DNA of 64,000 nucleotides from Mobula hypostoma (taxonomy: Eukaryota), in contig NC_086097.1 of NCBI RefSeq assembly GCF_963921235.1, positions 144,214,001 through 144,278,000 on the forward strand. The letters run 5' to 3'. The notes under the pieces were generated by a model. The model saw only the letters and a list, made by a program, of their open reading frames with translations, ran no database searches and had not been told where the DNA came from. Position 1 is the first letter of the stretch, and every line of letters begins with the position of its first letter. A program made the position numbers and the translations under genes. Of the stretch, positions 54,433 through 64,000 are shown piece by piece.

Positions 54433-57400
54433 CATTGACACACCAGGTTGTACCTTTTTTTTGCAGAGCAGCTTTGGCCTTACCCTCTTTGTTCTCTCCA
54501 TACCTCCTCTATCCTTTCTGCAACTTCAAACTAACTTGCTTCTCTCTTTCTCAGACTTGAGAAATAGTCCTTGACCCGATTTGCTGATTTGGATTGTATC
54601 CCCACATTTCAAAACGCCCTGTTGATTGATAAACATTTTGACTGTCTAAACACAGATACGAAAGGCACAATATAAGTTTATTTATTTTTTATTGCCTGGC
54701 TGAGGTTGGTAACTCAGAAAAGGTACAGGCTCAATTTTGAAGCTTCCTTTTCTCTAGCACCCAGTGCTTTAATTGTGACAAATAAACCGAGGCAGCTCAA
54801 AACAGACATCAGATACCTTATCATATTACCTAGTGCTGGTGTTCAGGTGAGATGTTGAATGGAGGCCTTTTCTTGGTGATGTAATGTATCTCAGGACTCT
54901 TCAGACACTTCACAGAAACCAAAGACTAGCTGGTCACTTTATTTCTTGTGGATTGATCTGTCAATTGATTTACAAAATTATTTTCTGGTAACACTTTTGC
55001 CTCAAATTTTTGTGCATTCTTGCTCCATTCCTGACCTGTGTTCATGAGATTAAGATAAAGCTCTCAGCCCTCTCTGAGAGATTACCAAGAAGTAAAAAAT
55101 CTTTGTGTGTCACCTCGGAGCAAGCTAAATACGATCTCAAGTGGTCTCGCTTGTTGGGGAGGAAGGAACACAAAGGCTTCAGTGTGAGGTAGAGGATAAT
55201 TTCATGGTGGTGCAACTAAATACCATCCTTGAAGCTGAAAAATTATCGGGTAAGTAAATAGATTTATATTCAGCTTCAAATGATGATAAAAAAAGTCAAC
55301 TTTTGTGTTGTTCCTTTCTTAATGTTAGGACATATCTTGGGACTTCACAGTCTACAAAGTATTTTGAAATATGGTCACAGTTTTACCAAAGGATACAGTA
55401 TATACAAAACTAGTTTGGACACAGTAGAGTCCCCTAACTACAACCAAGGACCAGGTTATCCATTGGGGGTCAGCTTGGGAAACTACCCCTGAACAGTTGG
55501 AGTAGTCCTCTACTCTGCCATGAGAAACATAATTATGCCATTTGATTTTACTTTGCAGAACAAATGAGGTCATTCTCTAACAAGTCTTGCAAAATGCTGT
55601 GCATCTCAACAACAACCAGATGAAGTCCCAATTTTTCTGCAGTAGGTCTCGAACCCACTACCTGCCGACTCAGGGGTGAAAATTGTTTCAAAAAATAATT
55701 TATGGACAATTTTAGGCACTCACATTCATATCGAATCCATAGCAAAGCATATGAATACACAATCTTTTGAAAATTTAACAAAGAAATTCAGTTGACAAGT
55801 AAATGCTATTTATTTATTTATTGATGTGTTAAAATTGAGCACTGTAGCACAGATGACATTACCAAAATCATCAGTGGAAAATATTAAGAGTTGTCTACAG
55901 TCACAAAGCAAAAAAAAACCCATCAAAATATATATACTTAATTACTAATATATACAATTCTGAAATAAATTATTAAAAATGATTTCATTTTCGGAATACA
56001 AAATTCAAAAGCATATTGTACAAAAATGGGAATTAAAGCTCTCATTTTCTTCAAAGCCAACGATGTCTTTTATTGGGTTGTGACTACATAGTTGTTGGAT
56101 ATACGTACTTATACCTCACCACAATTACCATTTAACAACTTGCACTTATACAGCACATAAATGTAGAAAACATCCTCCAGTTGCTTCACTGCAGACAAAC
56201 ATAGACCCTCGGTCTAAAAATTAGGGATTGGAACAAGTAAAGAAGAGCGTGCTCAGAGAGTTAAGCCTAAAGAGGGGTCCTATAGCAAAAGGGGATGGAA
56301 AGGCACTGAGGTTTTGAGAGGAAATTTCAGAATTTGACCTATAGATAGCTAAAGACACTAACATTGGTTTGGCGACAAAGGAAGTGGAGTTTGGAAGAGA
56401 AATCATATTTGAAGAAACATGGAGGAGATTATAGAGAACGAGTGGGGTGTTATTGATTACATTGAATAAGCATCATTTAACATGTAAATCCCAAGTGAAG
56501 AGACACATTGACAAACAAAAGGACAATTGAATCAAAATTATAAGAGGATTTTTAGTGTAGCAAACTGTGAGTAAAGATGATAAGCTGAGGCATAGGAATG
56601 GGAGTACTCCATTTAGCTCTTGAGCTTGTTTAACAATTCAGTGGCTGCTCTGTAACCTGAATCTATATTCCTTTGGTGTTCTAATATCTTTGGTTTAAAA
56701 ATGGTTTAGTCAATCACTACTGATTGTTATAATCTTCTTCTTTGACCATGCAAAATTTTCTAACTCTCAAAAGGCCAAAGTCTAATTTTTAGACCATCCT
56801 AGTCCGAGGCTTCGCAACAACTGAAACAGAAAGAACTTTCTTTACCTAATAATCATGCTTTGATCAAGTCACTTTTAAATTAGTCTAAGTACCATAGAAT
56901 TAATCATACTTTCTGAATTACTTTCTCAAAACTTTGTTCGATAACCTTTTAGATCAGTCTCAGTCCTTCCAAGGCCAAAATGTCCTTTCTGAACTGTGCT
57001 GTCCAGAACAGTTGAAAGTACTCTAAGTGAGGTCTAACTAAGGCTTTGTCTAGTTGTGTTACATCACACTCTCCATGCTTTCTTTGTATCTGGACATAAG
57101 GAGGCCTTTGTCTTTTTGTTTATGGTCTGTACGAAACATAACATTTCAATGATCCTTTGACATGGACCATTCATTCTTTTAGGTCTCCACTACTTCTAGC
57201 GTTTCAGCATTTAGGTAGTATTTTTTACCATTGCGTATACACCCCAAATAAATGATTTCATCCTCAGATTTATTGAAGAATATATTGACTATATTGTACC
57301 CATTTACTTCACACTCTAACATCCACTTGTAATTTATTACTGCCACCGACACTGCTTCCAATACTACCCATCTTTATGACATCAACGAAACGGATATGTG

Positions 57401-57832
57401 ACATTCTGTTATTTGTGAATATACAGAATGGGTGTGTAGATACTTGCTGAATATTATGAGACACTGTCTGCCAAATCAAATGCCTGTCTGTAGACAAAAT
57501 TTTTGACTTCTATTGTATATGATATATATGTTTCATTTTCATGAGGTTTAACCTTAGCTGGCAATGTCTTTTGTAAGAAATGACGTTCTGTCTGCAGAAG
57601 TAATATGTGTATGCAATCCCCGAATGATCATCTCAGTGTATCAAGCATCGCATACTCTTTACAAATCTATGCCTAAAAAATCCACACTGTTCAGTGATGC
57701 TGCCTTTAATTGCAGACTTATCTAATTTCCAAACAAAATGAATGGGTATGAGTCCTTGAAGTTGTTTCATCACCGAGAAATCTGGCTTCAACTCCATAAA
57801 ATGTTATTCTCTCTCCCTCCCCTCCCACCACA

Positions 57833-58320
57833 TTAGAAACCATAGAACCATAGAAACTACAGCACAGAAACAGGCCCTTTGGCCCTTCTTGGCTGTGCCG
57901 AACCATTTTCTGCCTAGTCCCACTGACCTGCACACGGACCATATCCCTCCATACACCTCCCATCCATGTATCTGTCCAATTTATTCTTAAATGTTAAAAA
58001 AGAACCCGCATTTACCACTTCGTCTGGCAGCTCATTCCATACTCCCACCACTCTCTGTGTGAAGAAGCCCCCCCTAATGTTCCCTTTAAACTTTTCCCCC
58101 CTCACCCTTAACCCATGTCCTCTTTTTTTTCTCCCCTTACCTCAGTGGAAAAAGCCTGCTTGCATTCACTCTATCTATACCCATCATAATTTTATATACC
58201 TCTATCAAATCTCCCCTTATTCTTCTACGCTCCAGGGAATAAAGTCCTAACCTATTCAACCTTTCTCTGTAACTGGGTTTCTCAAGTCCCGGCAACATCC
58301 TTGTAAACCTTCTCTGCAAC
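57833..58320 (-). mobile_element. Young CR1 3' end
   Basis: LQRRFTRMLPGL..RGDLIEVYKIM; FFTQRVVGVWNELP; (ccatagaa)n tail. Confidence 0.92.
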
Positions 58321-60520
58321 AATCATCAATAATAAGTAAATAATATGAATATGAATATCTGTTTCACATCTTCTCAAAAGGGAAAAGCAGTGATGTATAT
58401 ATAAATATATGAATTTTATGTCTAATGTTTGTCACATACACAGTTTGGTTGGACAGACTGTTATAAAGAGATGCAGATGTTAGAGCAGATTTACATGTCT
58501 CTTCGTGATTCGTTATATTCCTGACATTACCTGCAGTTTTAATAAGAAGACAAGCATATTTAAATTACTTGTCTATCTTTCACTTCTTTTTTAAGATGCT
58601 CCTTAAAATATCCTCATTTGACCAAATTTTCTGTCATCCGCAATTACTGTATGTTATTATGCCATTTGGTATATATTTTCATTTGATAATGACCTTGTGA
58701 AGTGTCCTGCAGTATTATTAAATACATTGTACAAATGGAAGCTGTCAATAAAATGTAGATAATAGATTTTAGATGAATAAAACAAAATTGTGTTATCAGT
58801 AACAGTGCGACATCAGTACATATTTTAAATCTGCAAGTAAGTATACATTCAAGGACAAGAGTGTGCAGCTACATGATCAACCATTCCCTCATTGGAATAG
58901 ACTAGTCCTGAGAGCTGGGTATGGCTTTCTCTTGATCCTACTTATTTATGTTTTCAGCAGAAGATGGGGTTGATGGTGAGATTGAGAAGATGACTAATCT
59001 ATAGGAAAGCTTTTTAGGCTTCAGTGTCTTTCTTCATCTGATAAACTCTATCACTTTATAAATAGATTGGAAAGTGTTAGCAGATTTTCCCTTTCGTTTA
59101 TCAGTCATGGGACTACAAAGAGGTGGATCACAGGAGGGAATTAGGTAGGCAAATCACTCCTGTAACACAATTGGTAAATAAATATGCGGCCAGATGATCG
59201 TTGCTTTACGTCTCTGCTCTATTGTCTGATTCTCATCTTTTGCTGGCTGTTTCACAATGTCCTACCCATTGTCTTTCAAGAGGGAAGAATGACCTAATAT
59301 TCACTCTCTATTGCAGTGGTGTGAAGAGGAGAAAACATTGTGCTTGAATGGCAGGTGTCTGACATTAACATCTTATTGCAACATAAGCTTGGACTAACAA
59401 TTACTGGAATATTGAGTCAAATGCATCATGATATAAGAATTTGGATACTTTTGTCCAAAAATCTGGAGGTGTAAACTTGCTGTTGGTGTAAGTGACCATG
59501 AAGATGTCAGATTATAAATGGAGAAACTAGACATTCTAAGATAAATTGTTCAGCTCCAGAAATTCCAATATCTTTTTCATTACCTTTAAGGCACAAGTCA
59601 AAATCTGGTTGGATAAAGGTGAAAAAATATTCAAGGAACTTGGTATCATCCAGAATAAAGCAGTCTGCATGATTACGTGTAGATAACTAAGATGGTCAGC
59701 CCAATCATCTTTCTCATCTCCTCACTCAAATACAGATGCACAATTGTGTAGTATTCACTAGAAACAACACAGCAAATGTCAAGACTTTATTGACCTCAGT
59801 CGTTAAACAAGCATCCCATTTGCCACTTTACTTGATTCTCTGGGGGTAATGATCAGAGGGGAAAAAAATGTCCATTGACATCTGTGGGCTTACTGCGAGC
59901 AGAGGTTTACTTAGAATATTCCAAGGTCTGAAACTAACTTCGTGGAATCCAAGTGAAAAATAGTACAACAACTGCATTTGGTTTTCTACACTTCACTATT
60001 GCTTGTAGATATGATACATGGATCATTCCAATCCATATGTTTCTCACTGTTAAAGGCTTCTTCCCACTTTGACCAATTTCTAAATGGAATCAAATACCTA
60101 TTTCCTGACCTTGGTCATCTTGTTGGATTCTTGAGTAAAAATGAGAGCATTGTATTATTTTCCAAGACCTAAACAATGTTGCTAAAATATCAAAAATAGG
60201 TGAGGATTACTTTTTCCTAGATATAAAAGGAAAGCTCATGTATCACTTGATCGCTGGGCATCACACTGATGGTAAAACACCCGCGTAGTGTTTGATTGGA
60301 AGCTGTCAAAATAAGCTCAAGAAATGCAGATTAACTACACCTTATTGAATGAACAAATACTCAATATAATGGATAATCCCAGTAGGTCGTTCCATTCATC
60401 CATGATTAATAATATACTCTCGAAAAATATGGCTATCCCAAAATGAGCAGTCACATGAACAAGTATGAGTAAATAGATTAATAGCTCTTAAAATAGCCTA
60501 AATGATGTTTATGTAATGTT

Positions 60521-60750
60521 AAACACAATAGATTCTGCAGATGCTGGAAGTCCAGAGTAACACATACAAAATGCCGGAGGAACTCAGCAGGTCAGGTGGC
60601 ATGTACTGTATGGAGAGGAATAAACAGATGCTGTTTCAAGCAAGACCCAAGTCTTGATGAAGAGTCTCAACCTGAAATGTCAACTGTTTATTCCTCTCCA
60701 TAGATGCTGCTCGATGTGCTGAGTTTCTCTTGCATTTTGTGTGTGTTACT
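60521..60750. mobile_element. Palindromic Penelope-derived element
   Basis: agtaacacatacaaaatgc...tggagaggaataaacag is mirrored by ctgtttattcctctcca...gcattttgtgtgtgttact; core ttgatgaagagtctcaacctgaaatgtc. Confidence 0.7.
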
Positions 60751-60827
60751 TAGATAATCTGCTGTGTTGAAATTTACTCACAAGGACCTTAACAGCTTCA
60801 CAGTAGTTACATTACTGCAGTTAACCT

Positions 60828-61335
60828 AATACAGAAAATGTTGGAAACAATCAGTAGGACAATACTCGGTACGGTTGCATACGGGCATCATGGTAGCATA
60901 GTGGTTAGCGTAACGCTTTACAGTGCCAGCAACTAGGGTTCAATTCCTGCTGCTGTCTGTAATGAGTTTGTACATTCTCCCCTTGACAGTGTGGATACCC
61001 TCCAGGTTCTCCGATTTCCTCCCACATTCCAGAGACGTATGGGTTTGTTGGTAAATTGGTCACATATCAGTAATTGAGCAGTGTGGGCTCATGTGCCAGA
61101 AGGGCCTGTTACCATGCTGTATCTCTAAATTAAAAAAAATAAAAGGTCAGGCAGTATTTATGGAAAGAGAAAAGTACGTAATGTTTTAGGAAGAAGACAT
61201 TTCATCAGAATGAACATTAGACCAAGTGTCTTTGACTTGAAATGATAACTTTGTTTCTCTTTCCATGGATGTTGCCTGGTCTGTTGAGTGTTTCCAACAT
61301 TTTCTATTTTTTATTTCTGGTTTCCAGCATCTGCT
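60828..61335. mobile_element. Palindromic Penelope-derived element split by a V-SINE
   Basis: agaaaatgttggaaaca (left) pairs with tgtttccaacattttct (right); atggaaagagaaa pairs with tttctctttccat. Confidence 0.6.
60883..61143 (+). mobile_element. tRNA-derived V-SINE (HE1-like)
   Basis: A-box-like tagcatagtgg, B-box GGTTCAATTCC at 60937-60947, V-core, A-rich tail. Confidence 0.85.
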
Positions 61336-61812
61336 TTTTCACAGGTTATTGCATTTGCTCATTTGGGTCTTGCCATTGTGTTTTAGTTCTTCACCAGCTG
61401 TATGTTTAGAATAAAGGACTGTCTCCTTCTAGGATTCCCTTTTAGATTATGAGCAAATACTAATTCCATTCCTTTGATTTAAATGCTGAATGGAGGAGCT
61501 TGCAATCCATTTTGTTTATAAGGCACCTTTATTTGCGTTTTGACAGTCATCCCTTGAGGAGGTTTCAATGCCTTGTAAATTATAATCTGGCTCTGTCTTT
61601 TTGCAGTCAGGTTCCAAGCTTGAACTGTGTGAAGATTCGGCCAACATTAGTTTTTTTGACTCATTTATTAGTATTTAAAAGGCATTGTCTCCAAAATAAG
61701 ATCAAAGCTTAGACTTGAAGCTGAGCTGTGGCTTAAGATCTCGATCTTCCAATGCAGCAAGATACTTCAGTTCAGGACTGTCAGCAATCCCTTGGACAGC
61801 CTCTTCCTCCTC

Positions 61813-62292
61813 CTATTTACAGGTATGAACATCATAGATGCGTGTGCACTCTTGGCAGCTCACGTGACAGCACCAGTGGAAGATGCAGTGACACTTCTCT
61901 TTGCGTTTCTCAGTCCTCGTATCAAATCCGCGGCCACAGCACAGCAACTCACACCCATCAATTCCGTGCGATGTGATGTTGCACTTTCGGTGCCGCGTAC
62001 CAAACGAGCCAGTCTCGGGATTGGGGTTGCAGAAGTTGGGTGACAAGTCGTAGTAGATCAAATCTCTCTCTGTTGGAGCTTTGAATAAGGCATACTTGGG
62101 GCTAAGGGTCTCGACCCAACCTCTGGATTCCTGGTGTTTCTCCACGATCATCTCGGAGGCACTGTCATATTTGTCTTTTAAGTAATCTCCTATCACCCGG
62201 AAGTCAGGCTGCGACCACCAGCAAGTTTTCACCTCACAGCTACCCGATAGTCCGTGACACTTACACTTCAGATGCATGTGGTCCAGAATAGC
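61813..62292 (-). CDS. wnt3a: Final coding exon (159 aa + stop) of a Wnt3/Wnt3a ligand; upstream exons lie beyond the window end
   Basis: Translation [48 protein letters not shown]...CCGRG...[26 protein letters not shown] is the Wnt3/3a C-terminal half, with the lipidated-Ser motif CHGLSGSC. It is preceded on the minus strand by the acceptor ttgcattttctttctcag|GCT (phase 0); TAG is at 61813-61815. [16 protein letters not shown] and QECTR favour Wnt3a over Wnt3, but the paralogue call is less certain than the family call. Confidence 0.93.
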   Translation of the reverse strand, partial: AILDHMHLKCKCHGLSGSCEVKTCWWSQPDFRVIGDYLKDKYDSASEMIVEKHQESRGWVETLSPKYALFKAPTERDLIYYDLSPNFCNPNPETGSFGTRHRKCNITSHGIDGCELLCCGRGFDTRTEKRKEKCHCIFHWCCHVSCQECTRIYDVHTCK

Positions 62293-62956
62293 CTGAGAAA
62301 GAAAATGCAACAACACCTCAATGGCTAACATTCAGACAACTGCACACAAACAATCTCAACCCTTCACCTGATTCTAAGCTTGCTTAGTAGATGATGCACT
62401 TCACACCTCGATGGAATTGCTAGTCAACACTTCCTAAAAGAGGAAAGACAGTTCCCAGGAAGTTGGAGGTAGGCGAGCTTTCTTCTTCTCCACTATAATC
62501 CATGTGCTGTTGAGAGCCTCACATTTCCTGTCATCCCCAAGGTACCGCAACCAAAAATATACATGTTTTGCAAGAAGGGTCATGAGATTAAATCCCACTA
62601 TGGCAAGCTGGGAAGAGTAGTGATGTGGGGGGGATGGTGAGAGGAACTATTATCCCATAATACTACTACATTTACCTTTCCCTCCAATGGATCTGTCTAC
62701 ACTTACAGCTGCCTTGAAAAAGCAGCCAGCATAATGAATGGACTCCTCTCACCTTGGTGATTCTCTTGTTTCTCCTTTCCCATCCATCAATATAAACAAA
62801 TATCTGAGAGAACGAGCTACCAGAGTCGGGGACAGCTTTTGTCAGACTCTTAAACTGAGTTCTCATATGCTGCCAGCTGAACTCTGGGTCTCCCCCATCT
62901 ACCTTGTCATGGCCCTTTCACTTTATCTGTCTGCCTGCACTGCGCCTTCTCTCTAA

Positions 62957-63614
62957 AGGCTGATTTATGCTTCTGCGTGGTAGCCTATGCCGTAGCCTAT
63001 GCAAGTGGCCTACACTGTTGTAAGCATTTATACTTGTGCGTTGGTGTGTCTGCGTCACTCTGCAATTCACCACCAAAACGCTAGTTGGTTGTGGGGTTTC
63101 TATGCCACTGTATTGAGTTTCTTCATGTTGAAACTCAAACTTCAAACAATGGCAACTGAACCTGAAGGAGGTTGTCCTGAAGTGGCTTGTCCGGCCACTG
63201 AGAGACATGGACGAGGAGATACATTTCAAATATTTTTGGATGTTGGCAGGTAGATTTGATGATTTGGTTCATCGTCTCCAACCGCTTATTTCGCATCAGT
63301 GTACGCACGGTGTACTCAGAGACTAGCAATCACCATTTGAGTTTTAGCTTCAGGTGGAAGTCAACAGGCTGTAGCAGCTAGCTACAAACTGGCATCAAGC
63401 ACAGGGTCCTCCATAATTTCGGAGGTCTGTAAAGCTTTATGGAAAACATTGCAGCCAGAGTTCCTTCCCTGCCCTTCAGTCGCCCAATGGGAAGCTATTG
63501 CAGCGCAGGAGGAAATGCGATGCTACCAAGTGGACCAATCACAGTTGTTGCAGTCTGCGTCACCACGATACATAGTTACATTTTTGGGGAGGTGCACGTC
63601 AGGCTATGGCATAG
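62957..63614 (+). mobile_element. PIF/Harbinger DNA transposon remnant in the Wnt intron
   Basis: 63186-63510 translates (one frameshift, one stop) to [23 protein letters not shown]../[57 protein letters not shown]. The left end AGGCTGATTTATGCTTCTGCGT follows TAA. Confidence 0.78.
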
Positions 63615-64000
63615 AAACATAGAAAATAGGTGCAGGAGTAGGCCATTTGGCCCTTCGAGCCTGCACCGCCATTCAGTATGATCATGGCTGATCATCCAAC
63701 TCAGAACCCTGTACCTGCCTTCTCTCCATAGCCCCTGATCCCTTTAGCCACAAGGGCCATATCTAACTCCCTCTTAAGTATAGCCAATGAACTGGCCTCA
63801 ACTGTTTCCTGTGGCAGAGAATTCCACAGATTCACCACTCTCTGTGTGAAGAAGTTTTTCCTCATCTCGGTCCTAAAAGTCTTCCCCTTTGTCCTCAAAC
63901 TGTGACCCCTCATTCTGGACTTCCCCAACATCAGGAACAATCTTCCTATATCTAGCCTGTGCAATCCCTTTAGAATTTTATACATTTCAATAAGATCCCC
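63611..64000 (-). mobile_element. Young CR1 3' end (runs off the window)
   Basis: ORF 63701-63985; near-identical to 3357-3745. Confidence 0.92.

Noticed and set aside
54770..58750. Possible ancient DeuSINE/L2 remnants (~54800-54900, 55320-55390, 56130-56450, 58560-58750)
   Set aside because: Too diverged to delimit or classify by eye.
60883..60950. tRNA gene (A and B boxes); also 35315-35377
   Set aside because: Heads of tRNA-derived SINEs that continue into the V-core and tail.
1..61500. Exons of expected neighbours (Arf1 for Wnt3a, Nsf for Wnt3)
   Set aside because: None recognised in the ORF track or by eye; short exons could have been missed.
62293..62331. ORF-track N-terminus [13 protein letters not shown] of the Wnt ORF
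   Set aside because: Intronic read-through upstream of the splice acceptor.

Overview
Vertebrate nuclear DNA, most likely a cartilaginous fish. That assignment is inferred from HE1-like V-SINEs and the CR1/Rex1-dominated repeat content. The only host coding sequence I can support is the last coding exon of a Wnt3-subfamily gene (minus strand, 61813-62292; Wnt3a-leaning). The ~61 kb downstream of it shows no recognisable host exon and is filled with nested transposable elements. These include many CR1 LINE pieces (two long copies), Rex1/Babar-type LINE pieces, tRNA-derived V-SINEs and one full-length degenerate RTE LINE with a target-site duplication (TSD). The most interesting signals are: (i) a family of fold-back elements carrying hammerhead-ribozyme-like cores, probably Penelope-derived; (ii) a structured RNA module at the 5' end of the RTE, also present as a solo copy; (iii) a hAT-like DNA transposon with a 6-bp TSD and a zinc-finger exon remnant; (iv) a PIF/Harbinger transposase remnant in the Wnt intron, missed by the ORF track; (v) an 80-bp hAT MITE; (vi) a few repeat-free motif clusters that could be Wnt3a enhancers. 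Repeat boundaries were read by eye and are approximate unless a TSD is quoted. Nearly all listed ORFs are TE fragments or spurious.
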